Origin: Sulfurovum sp.
Lineage (GTDB): Bacteria; Campylobacterota; Campylobacteria; Campylobacterales; Sulfurovaceae
Direction of reading: 5' to 3'
Assembly (NCBI GenBank): GCA_002733355.1
Contig: NVVN01000007.1
Coordinates: 58,719-69,393 of the forward strand
Length of the DNA: 10,675 nt
Part shown: positions 1 through 8,000 of the stretch, one piece after another
How the letters are laid out: each line of letters starts with the position of its first letter
Position numbering within the stretch: position 1 is the stretch's first letter
Notes under the pieces: model-generated
Database searches by the model: none
What the model saw: the letters and a program-made list of their open reading frames with translations, nothing else
Told to the model about the DNA's origin: nothing
Translations under genes and position numbers: made by a program

Positions 1-171
1 GACAAAGCACTAAAAGACCGATTAAATTCATTTGGTGTCATGCGTGGAGAAGAACTCACAGTCAAAGGGCATTCTTTAGGTAAACAGACCATTGAAATAC
101 TAGTAGGATCAACACACATTGCACTACGTGCAGATGAAGCCCAAAAAATAGAAGTAGCCAAACTAGTCTAA
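1..171 (+). CDS. feoA: FeoA family ferrous iron transport protein A, 5'-truncated by the window edge
   Basis: Not in the ORF track. Manual translation of frame 1 gives DKALKDRLNSFGVMRGEELTVKGHSLGKQTIEILVGSTHIALRADEAQKIEVAKLV*, with TAA at 169-171. It matches the FeoA pattern RLxxxGxxxG...ALRxxEAxxIxV. Confidence 0.88.
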   Translation, partial: DKALKDRLNSFGVMRGEELTVKGHSLGKQTIEILVGSTHIALRADEAQKIEVAKLV

Positions 172-174
172 TAC

Positions 175-212
175 TTAAGTTTAATCAATTTTTTACAACA
201 CTTGGCTATAAT
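175..212 (+). promoter_or_regulatory. Putative sigma70 promoter of rseP-yggS
   Basis: Perfect TATAAT at 207-212, with upstream TTAAG (175-179) and T-tracts as in Campylobacterota housekeeping promoters. An AGAGGA RBS lies just before ATG 239. Confidence 0.55.
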
Positions 213-238
213 TCCCTATATCCAAACAGAGGAATTTT

Positions 239-1291
239 ATGGGCATTTTAGTTGCAATTATCGTTTTATCAATACTGATCTTTTTTCATGAATTAGGACA
301 CTTTGCAGCGGCACGTTATTTTGGTGTGCAGGTAGATGTATTTAGCATAGGTTTTGGCAAAAAACTTTACTCAAAAATGATTGGTAAAACCCAGTGGAGT
401 ATCTCTGCAATTCCCCTTGGTGGCTATGTAAAAATGAAAGGTCAGGATGATACTGACCCTACAAATATTTCTTATGATGATGACTCATACAACAGTAAAA
501 AACCATGGCAACGTATTGTTATTTTACTTGCAGGTCCATTTGCCAATTTCTTACTGGCTTTCATTCTGTATTTTGCTATAGCAAATCTAGGTGTACCAAA
601 ACTACTGCCTTATGTGGGCACCGTAGGAGAAGATACGCCTGCCTATACTGCGGGCATTAAAAAAGATGACAAAATAGTCCAAATTAATGGTATTAACATA
701 CTCTATTGGGAAAATATCGGAAAACATATTAATGACTCAAAACATACAATTACGCTTATAGTAGATCGTAATCAAACACTTGTTACATTACAGCTTACAC
801 CAAAGATTATAGATGATAAAAATGTCTTTGGTGAAAAAATCACAAGACGTATTATAGGTATCAGCCCATCGGGCGAACAGACAACTGTTTATTTTGGATT
901 GATGGATGGTCTTGACTATGCATGGGAAGAAACAAAAAAAGCCTCACTCCTCATCGTACAAAGTGTAGAAAAAATACTTACAGGTGTAGTAGGAACAGAC
1001 AAACTTGGTGGTATCATAACTATAGTAGATGTCACGGCTCAAGCAAGCTCCGCTGGGATACTGGCACTTTTCTTTTTTACAGCGCTTATTTCAGTAAACT
1101 TAGGAGTTTTAAATTTACTTCCCATTCCTGCTTTGGACGGGGGACACATTATGTTCAATCTTTATGAAATATTTACAGGGAAAACTGCCAGTGAAAAAGT
1201 AATGACATATATTACCATTGTAGGTTGGGTTATGCTCATTTCCCTTATGCTGCTAGGGCTATACAATGACATCAATCGATTAGTAGGATAA
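239..1291 (+). CDS. rseP: RIP (site-2) zinc metalloprotease RseP, M50 family
   Basis: HELGH (HExxH) after the first TM helix, FSIGFG, PLGGYVKM, LAGPFAN, a central PDZ-like segment (TPAYTAGIKKDDKIVQING) and NLLPIPALDGG. Confidence 0.96.
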   Translation: MGILVAIIVLSILIFFHELGHFAAARYFGVQVDVFSIGFGKKLYSKMIGKTQWSISAIPLGGYVKMKGQDDTDPTNISYDDDSYNSKKPWQRIVILLAGPFANFLLAFILYFAIANLGVPKLLPYVGTVGEDTPAYTAGIKKDDKIVQINGINILYWENIGKHINDSKHTITLIVDRNQTLVTLQLTPKIIDDKNVFGEKITRRIIGISPSGEQTTVYFGLMDGLDYAWEETKKASLLIVQSVEKILTGVVGTDKLGGIITIVDVTAQASSAGILALFFFTALISVNLGVLNLLPIPALDGGHIMFNLYEIFTGKTASEKVMTYITIVGWVMLISLMLLGLYNDINRLVG

Positions 1292-1297
1292 AAGAAA

Positions 1298-1984
1298 ATG
1301 AATGTATTAGATAAAGAACACTTAAGAGCAAACCTGGATAAAGTAATTTGGAACATTGAACAAGCACGTATCACCGTAAGTGAACACCACATTGTTCAAC
1401 TTGTAGCTGTAGGCAAATATACGGATGTAGAAAATATTGCTACACTTTACGATTTGGGACAACGTGCCTTTGGTGAAAATCAAGTACAGCAGCTGGGAGC
1501 TCGAATGTATGCATTGGAAGAACTACCTCTACAGTGGCATATGATAGGTTCTTTACAAAAGAACAAAATCAACAATCTTATAGATCTTCGTCCTACACTT
1601 ATGCAGTCACTTGACAGTTTGGAACTTGCTATAGAATTTAACAAAAAACTTTTGCTAAAAGAAACAAATATGCACTGTCTTCTTCAAGTCAATACAGCAA
1701 ATGAAAAAAGTAAATCTGGTTTTTCTAATGAAGAAGCTTACGACATGTACCAAACTATTCAAGAGACCTGCCCAAATATAAAACTTAAAGGTATCATGAC
1801 CATAGGTGCTCATACGGAAGATTCTACCCTTATACAAAAAAGTTTTGAAGACACCTATAGTATCTATGAAAAACTACAAAAAGATGGTGCGACTATCTGC
1901 TCGATGGGTATGAGTTCAGATTATGAACTTGCCATAAAGTGTGGTGCAAATCTTGTTCGTGTAGGTTCTCTACTCTTTAAATAA
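1298..1984 (+). CDS. yggS: YggS/PROSC family pyridoxal-phosphate homeostasis protein
   Basis: VAVGKY (PLP lysine), FGENQVQ, WHMIGSLQKNK, KSG, GIMTI, SMGMSSDYELAIKCGANLVRVGS. Starts 6 nt after the rseP stop. Confidence 0.95.
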   Translation: MNVLDKEHLRANLDKVIWNIEQARITVSEHHIVQLVAVGKYTDVENIATLYDLGQRAFGENQVQQLGARMYALEELPLQWHMIGSLQKNKINNLIDLRPTLMQSLDSLELAIEFNKKLLLKETNMHCLLQVNTANEKSKSGFSNEEAYDMYQTIQETCPNIKLKGIMTIGAHTEDSTLIQKSFEDTYSIYEKLQKDGATICSMGMSSDYELAIKCGANLVRVGSLLFK

Positions 1985-1996
1985 TGCTTCATATTC

Positions 1997-2018
1997 TATC
2001 AAAGATTTTTCTTTGGTA
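1997..2018 (+). terminator. Weak hairpin after yggS, possible terminator
   Basis: TATCAAAGA-TTTT-TCTTTGGTA is a 9-bp AT-rich stem with one G-U pair and no clean U-tract. Confidence 0.3.
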
Positions 2019-2069
2019 AAACTCTTTCAGTTTAAGTTAATTCTTATTCTTATATAACTATACTTAATT

Positions 2070-2078
2070 TGCTAACAT
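2070..2078 (+). promoter_or_regulatory. Putative extended -10 promoter of sodN-sodX
   Basis: TGcTAACAT (TGn + TAnnnT) about 20 nt upstream of ATG 2099, with an AAGGA RBS in between. Confidence 0.4.
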
Positions 2079-2098
2079 AATTAACAAAGGATATAAAA

Positions 2099-2569
2099 AT
2101 GTTTAAATTAAAAGAAGTAAAAGCACATTGTGATGTGCCTTGTGGTATTTATGATCCAATAGTAGCTCAAATTGCAGCACTATCAGTTGTAAGAATGGTT
2201 GACTTAATGGAAGTAGGTGTAAAAACAAAAGAGCCTCTAGGTGAAGCACTCTACCAAAACAATATGTCAAGATATATTGCAGTAAAAGAAACAGAAGCTA
2301 TTAAATGTAAAGACGAAATAGCTATCATTTGGGGTGACTTTATCAAAGCGCCACAAATAGCTGATAATCCAGAGATTCATACTATTGTTCATAATATCAT
2401 GATGTTAGGTGGAGCAGCAAAACAAAAAGTTTCAAGAGAGAAAGCAATGGAGCTTTTAGCAGAAGTCAATAAATTTGCAGAAATCTTTTGGAAAATAAAA
2501 GGTGTGAAAACAAAAGTTGCTAAGTCTCCTTATGCACCTAATGAAGATGTGGTATACCCTGTACTTTAA
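2099..2569 (+). CDS. sodN: Nickel-containing superoxide dismutase precursor
   Basis: Nickel-hook HCDVPCGIYDP (consensus HCxxPCGxY) follows a 9-residue leader MFKLKEVKA. IWGDFIK and EIFW motifs are present, and a maturation protease gene is directly downstream. Confidence 0.97.
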   Translation: MFKLKEVKAHCDVPCGIYDPIVAQIAALSVVRMVDLMEVGVKTKEPLGEALYQNNMSRYIAVKETEAIKCKDEIAIIWGDFIKAPQIADNPEIHTIVHNIMMLGGAAKQKVSREKAMELLAEVNKFAEIFWKIKGVKTKVAKSPYAPNEDVVYPVL

Positions 2570-2847
2570 TGCTCCAAATATTTAAAATATCTGGTGACTC
2601 TCTCTATCCATTTTATAAAGATGGGCAGAGAGTTGTTTGCCGTAAAATATTTAAAAGTACAAAAGTAAACATCGATGACACTGTAGTCTTTGAAAAAGAT
2701 AACTACGGTGCCATGATAAAAAAAGTAAAGTTCATTGAAAATAATGCCTATTTTGTAGAGGGAACAGACCCTTACAGTATCGATAGTAAAGATTTTGGTG
2801 CGCTAAGTAAACAAGAACTTAAATACAAGGTTCTGTTTAAATTCTAA
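2569..2847 (+). CDS. sodX: NiSOD maturation protease (S24/S26 peptidase family)
   Basis: ISGDSLYP (catalytic Ser), MIKKV (catalytic Lys) and SIDSKDFG motifs. TAATG stop/start overlap with sodN. Confidence 0.9.
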   Translation: MLQIFKISGDSLYPFYKDGQRVVCRKIFKSTKVNIDDTVVFEKDNYGAMIKKVKFIENNAYFVEGTDPYSIDSKDFGALSKQELKYKVLFKF

Positions 2848-2862
2848 CCCCTCTATTGCACT

Positions 2863-3285
2863 TTAAGAAGCTATCGCCTCTTGGCAATGTGCACAAACCC
2901 CGTAAAGATTTATTTGTTGTTTAGATAAAGAGAAGTTTTCATCTTTTGTCATAGAAGAAAATACTGCATCTGCATTGACATTATGTGGTCTATCTTCTAC
3001 CTCTCCACACTTTGTACATACAAGGTGTATATGGTCTACTTTAGCAAGCTCATATTTTATTTTTCTGCCCTCTATAGGTACTTCAACCAATACAGTATTT
3101 TCTACCATAAGGATAATGTTTTTATACACTGTTGCCAGCGAAAGTGATGGATGTTTTTTTACTACTTCTTCATAAATTGCATCTATAGACATGTGTCCAT
3201 TATTTTCAATACTCTCAAGCATATTCATACGTTGAAAAGTAGCTTTAAGTCCACTCTCTTTAAGGAGTGTTGCATAGTCTGTCAT
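2863..3285 (-). CDS. perR: Fur-family regulator, PerR-like peroxide stress repressor
   Basis: GLKATFQR, SLATVYK, HIHLVCTKC...ED and a C-terminal CAHC zinc site. It has HxH rather than Fur's HHDH and lies directly downstream of ahpC. AAGGAG RBS. Confidence 0.85.
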   Translation of the reverse strand: MTDYATLLKESGLKATFQRMNMLESIENNGHMSIDAIYEEVVKKHPSLSLATVYKNIILMVENTVLVEVPIEGRKIKYELAKVDHIHLVCTKCGEVEDRPHNVNADAVFSSMTKDENFSLSKQQINLYGVCAHCQEAIAS

Positions 3286-3309
3286 GAAATCTCCTTTAGA
3301 GATAAGTTT

Positions 3310-3347
3310 TATATAGTTAAAGCTAACAGCATAGATTTAACTATATA
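3310..3347. promoter_or_regulatory. Perfect 12-bp inverted repeat upstream of perR (candidate operator)
   Basis: TATATAGTTAAA (3310-3321), 14-nt spacer, TTTAACTATATA (3336-3347). The repeat is certain; its function is inferred. Confidence 0.5.
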
Positions 3348-3369
3348 CTCCCACAAAAAGGGGGAGTAT
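3345..3369 (-). terminator. Stem-loop after the ahpC stop, probable terminator or mRNA stabiliser
   Basis: ATACTCCC (3345-3352) / GGGAGTAT (3362-3369) form an 8-bp stem with a 9-nt loop, 10 nt past the ahpC stop. The U-tract is poor. Confidence 0.5.
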
Positions 3370-3379
3370 TATAAACTGA

Positions 3380-3976
3380 TTATAGTTCGTTAGCGTGCTT
3401 ATCAAGATAGTCAGCTACACCTTCAGTTGTTGCTTTCATACCTTCATCACCTTTAACCCAACCAGCTGGACATACTTCACCATGCTCGTTAGTAAATAGC
3501 ATTGTATCTACCATTCTGATCATTTCATCGATGTTTCTTCCTAGTGGAAGGTCATTGATTACTGCGTGTCTTACTGTACCATCAGCATCTATAAGGAAAG
3601 AACCTCTAAGTGCTACTGCATCATCAAGAAGAACATCATAGTCTCTAGAAATTTGTTTGTTAAGGTCAGCTACAAGTGGCATATCAACTTTACCAATACC
3701 ACCTTCATTTACTGGTGTTTCTCTCCATGCGAAGTGTGAAAATTGGCTATCTACAGATACACCAATAATATTTACGCCTCTTTCTCTAAAGTCTGCTGCT
3801 CTTTTAGAAAATGCAATGATTTCTGAAGGACATACAAATGTAAAGTCTAGTGGGTAGAAGAAAAGTACTGCACCTTTTTCACCTAGGTTATCCATGAGAT
3901 TAAAATCCTCAACTATTTGACCGTTTGCAAGTACAGCAGTTGCTGTGAAATCTGGAGCTTTTTTTGTTACTAACAT
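3380..3976 (-). CDS. ahpC: Typical 2-Cys peroxiredoxin (alkyl hydroperoxide reductase C)
   Basis: FYPLDFTFVCPSE (peroxidatic Cys), GVSVDS, GRNIDE and GEVCPAGW (resolving Cys). Confidence 0.97.
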   Translation of the reverse strand: MLVTKKAPDFTATAVLANGQIVEDFNLMDNLGEKGAVLFFYPLDFTFVCPSEIIAFSKRAADFRERGVNIIGVSVDSQFSHFAWRETPVNEGGIGKVDMPLVADLNKQISRDYDVLLDDAVALRGSFLIDADGTVRHAVINDLPLGRNIDEMIRMVDTMLFTNEHGEVCPAGWVKGDEGMKATTEGVADYLDKHANEL

Positions 3977-3989
3977 ATGTTTTCCTTAA

Positions 3990-4018
3990 AGATAATTTTT
4001 ATTTACAAAGGAATTTTA
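3990..4018 (-). promoter_or_regulatory. Putative ahpC promoter with a Fur/Per-box-like site
   Basis: Minus-strand -10 TAAAAT at 4018-4013. An imperfect 7-1-7 dyad AGATAAT-T-TTTATTT (3990-4004) lies between the -10 and the RBS. The AT-rich background makes a chance match possible. Confidence 0.35.
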
Positions 4019-4046
4019 TCTTATTATGTTTAAAGGGAGATAAAAC

Positions 4047-4611
4047 TCAATACATCTCCTTATGCATTTCAATTAATTCAACATACTCACCCCTATCTGC
4101 CATTTTTAATGCCAGAATGTAGTTTGTACGTAAAGGATTTTCTTTTGCCAATGAATCTTCTTGCCAATGTACAGGCATAAATTCATTTTTACGCAAGTAA
4201 ATATTGGCTAATATTCTAGACCAGCGTCCGTTTCCATTTTGAAAGGGGTGTATATGTACAGCTCTATGGTGTATTCGTATTGCTATCTCGATGGTATCAT
4301 ATGTTTTATATTTGCTCTAGTACTCTATGTCATCCACTAACTTTTTCAATTCTGTAGAGACAAGATATGCCTTGATACCAATGGAGAGTTCACGCTGCCT
4401 CAGTTTCCCTGCCCACTCCCATACTTCACCTAACATTTCCTCATGCAATGTCAGTAACCATACATAGGTAAAGGGTGCAACTTTATTTGTAGGCTCTGAA
4501 GAGAGATATTTTAGTGTAGCATTTGCAATGTTAAGTGCCTCTTGCGTATATATCTCTCTTAGTGTGTAACTTTGTATGCTTAGAGAGTTTGAGTCCTGAA
4601 GTATCTATCAT
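4047..4611 (-). pseudogene. Fic-domain 'mobile mystery protein B'-like gene, disrupted
   Basis: Manual translation gives MIDTSGLKLSKHT / frameshift near 4565-4580 / YTLREIYTQEALNIANATLKYL...LHEEMLGEVWEWAGKLRQRELSIG...DDIEY*SKY...IHHRAVHIHPFQNGNGRWSRILAN...ALKMADRGEY...EMY*. The Fic motif is at 4250-4215, an in-frame TAG at 4319-4317 and the final TGA at 4049-4047. Confidence 0.88.
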
Positions 4612-4990
4612 TACGCTACCCAAAGTCTATCTTGATACTCTCCTAGCAAAAACGCTTTTTCAAACTTATGTATGACCTTACTGAGTCCATCTACTTCTAG
4701 TCCTTGCATCTCTAAGGCAGAAGTACTTTGCACCAAAGATGCCATAAAAAGGGCTTTCTCTTTTGCACGTTGTTTGTTAAGTTCTTTGAGTGTAAGTGTT
4801 TCATTGCCTGCAAAGTCAAGTCCTAGTGTATTGGTTATCTTCTCGATGGTACTTAGCTTTACATCTTCTCCAGCAAAAAACCTATGGACAGTGCGTACAC
4901 CATTATGGCTAAGCTTCGCAAGGTTTTCTAGTGTTATGCCTACTTCTGACTTACGCTGTTCTACTTTATGAAGTAAATCTTGTCTTTCAT
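4611..4990 (-). pseudogene. XRE-type HTH 'mobile mystery protein A'-like gene, frameshifted just after its start codon
   Basis: The open frame reads RQDLLHKVEQRKSEVGITLENLAKLSHNGVRTVHRFFAGEDVKLSTIEKITNTLGL...RAKEKALFMASLVQSTSALEMQGL...DRLWVA* (TAA 4613-4611). The RBS-preceded ATG at 4990 is out of frame and gives MKDKIYFIK*. Adding one A restores a 126-aa protein. TAATG overlap with the Fic gene. Confidence 0.82.
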
Positions 4991-5008
4991 AGTGTATCCT
5001 TTTCTTTT

Positions 5009-5026
5009 ATTATGCCATAAGTGGCA
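5009..5026 (-). promoter_or_regulatory. Promoter/operator of the HTH-Fic pair
   Basis: Palindrome TGCCA-TAAG-TGGCA (5013-5026) overlaps a minus-strand extended -10 TGgCATAAT (5017-5009). Confidence 0.55.
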
Positions 5027-5049
5027 GGATAAATAAAGAATAGTATTTT

Positions 5050-8000
5050 TCATTTAACTAAATCAATACATATTATTTTAATATTACCTTTATAGTCATC
5101 AGGTACTGACTTTTTAATTTTTACTAACATGTCATCCTTATTAGCCTTATCGCCAAAATAAAAAATTAAATAAATACCAAATTCAACCTTAGATGACAAA
5201 TATTTATCTATAAGTTGATTTTTAATTCCCTTATATAAATCTCTATTTTTATCTTTTTTGCATTCTATTTGTACTTCATAATCAAGATTAGCTTTATATC
5301 TAATATTGATATCTACTCTGTTATCTGCTTCATGTTTTTCTTTGCTACTCTCAATGTCATATCCATATTTATCATTGAGTTTTTGAAGTATAGCATCACG
5401 GCAGGATTCTTCATTTTTAGAGCTTCCATCTTCATTGTAAAATTGATTTTTTTCATTATTTCTATTACCTTCAATCTCTTGTTTTAGGGTAGTTAATTTT
5501 ATAGTTATATCAGAGAAAAAATCCTCTTTTGACAAGACTGCATTACTAAGTACAAAGTTTTTTAATTTATCAATCGAGTACCTATCAAAATTTTGATCTG
5601 CATCTTGCTGTTCTTTTGTATCAATCTCATTTAAAATTCTATTGCGCCAAATGTTAGTTTCACTATTATGCAATACATACAGTGCTTTTAACTCTAAAAT
5701 ATTAAGTGTTTTAATCACATCTCTTAAAAAGCTTGCACACTGAGATAGTGAGGATTGGAATCCACTTACATGTTCTATCGATTTTTCCGTATCAAATACT
5801 GTAAACATATAATCAATGACTTTAATTTTCCATTCAGAAGAGATATCTTCAAAAAAACTAGTATAGTCAAATATTTCATGCAATGCACTAGCCATTTGTT
5901 TTGTGAATTGGTTTTTTTTGTCTTCATGCAAATATATTAATGCACTTATAACACTATCATTATTATGCTCTTTGTTAATACAGCTATGAATCTCTTTTAA
6001 TTTACCTATGCTTATCTCAAATCCATAGGTAGATAAAATAGCCTTTAACAATGTTTCTTGCAATATTCCCATACCCCGTTGCCTTGAAAAAGCAATGCGT
6101 TTTAACTTTTTAAAATCCCTCTCATTAGCTATAAAATCTGTGTACACAAACTCTAAATCAAGATAATGCTTTTCAATAATTAATTGAATATACGTTTTTA
6201 ATATTTCTTCGACACTATTTATATTTACTTTTTCAAAATTTTCACTAAAATTACTCTCGACAATATTTCCAACATTATTATGCATCAAACTTACAATATA
6301 TAAATATTCTAACAAACTTTCATCTATTTTGCTAAAAAGGCTATGGTCTTCAAAATTATTTAGCGCCAAAGATGTATAATATACCTGTTCTATATAACGT
6401 TCTCGTTCTGTAAGCTTTGATAGTGAATCAAGGATAGTCAGTGATTTATCTATGGAATTGTGATAAATTAAATTTTTAAGTACCCTTTTTAGTCTAACAA
6501 ATGTCTCTTTACTGAGATATTCTGTTTCTTCTTTAATCTCACTATCAATATAGATTAAATCGGATATATATTTCAAGTCACCGAAAGCAGTTGATATTTC
6601 TATACCTGTGCGCTTAGTAAAATATTCTTCATTTTTATTCAAAATCTCTAGTCTTTCAAGCTCATCTTTTTTATCTTCTTTTTTATTCTCTATCATCCAT
6701 TCAGGCAATTTATCACTAAGCCTAAATGCCAGCTCATTATTAAATCCATACTTATCTGATATCTTTTTCAATTTTTCAATTTTATCTTTATAATTTTCAA
6801 TATTCTCATCATAACCAAATGGGATATAAGTTAACGCTTGTAAAAAAAGAGCTTTATTTATTTCAGTATGATTTTCTAATTTAATTTTAGAAAGCAAGAT
6901 ATTGAATATATTATCAGGTTTATATGAGAAAAAATAGTTATATTCATAAAAACAACTTCGAAACTTCTCATTTTCTGTATACTTATATTGTTTAATTGCT
7001 TTATCAATATATGTCGAAAACAATTTATTTGAAAATTTCATCAACAATTCTTCAAGGTCATCTATGATTTCTGATTTTCTAACTAAGGCATATGCTTTAA
7101 CTTTTATTGCTTTATATTTATAAACATACTGATTCAAGTCAAATAAAATGTCATATATATTTTCAATCGATAGATTATTAGGATTATCAATTATAGTTTC
7201 ATATAAATAATCTGATACAAATTTTCCCATGAAATCAGAACCATAGTATTCATGTCTGTTTTTATTTTTATCTTTATGCTTTTTTTGCTTGAGCTTCAGA
7301 CATCCTTTTGCTAATGCAAGTTTCTCCTCATAAGGAGTCTTAAAAATATATAACCCGTGACCAATTGTACCTCTTTCGTTTGCTGAGTAAAGCTGCAAAT
7401 ATTTTATCACGTCATTAGGTTGAACAACATTCAAATAAAGCCTTTTTAATAAAAATTCCTTTAGAATATTGTCGTTATCTTCTATTTTTTCATCTCTAAT
7501 GTCATTTAGTACTTTTAGCAAAAAATCAGACTTCGAACTAAAAACTTTTAATATATCATCCTTTACATGTGTAGGTACACCGCTATCAAATATTTTTTCT
7601 CTCAAATATTTTTTTATTTTTTTACTCAATATATTTGAAGTATTCAAAACAAAAATAATAAAGTCCATATAGTGATTTTTACTAGATTTAGCTTCTTCAA
7701 TTTGCTCAATATAAAAATCATCCAAACTGTTTTCATATAATAGTGACAGTCCATCAACTTGCCCATGAATATTCCAAAAATCTATAAACCATGGGTGTTC
7801 ATCTGCATATTCTTTTACACTTAAAACTATCTCTTTTTTTTGTAGCTCATTAAATAAAGAATTATCTCCATAAACTGCTTGATAATATGAGTCAACATCT
7901 ATCAACGACATATCTCCAGACAACGAACATAACCAAGCGTAGACGCCTCTTACTTCAGTAGGTATCTTACCTTTTTTAACAAACAGAACTTTTATTCTCT

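Noticed and set aside
2053..2077. Possible NikR operator (TATAA-N15-TAACA) upstream of sodN
   Set aside because: Only one half-site fits the H. pylori TRWYA-N15-TRWYA consensus, which is not distinguishable from chance in such AT-rich DNA.
922..3857. Short alternative ORFs 922-1167, 1162-1392, 1655-1837, 2975-3175, 3151-3393 and 3657-3857
   Set aside because: All overlap well-supported genes in another frame or strand and show no recognisable motif.
4672..4971. 99-aa plus-strand ORF in the track
   Set aside because: It is the antisense shadow of the frameshifted HTH gene, Ser/Leu-rich with no recognisable motif.
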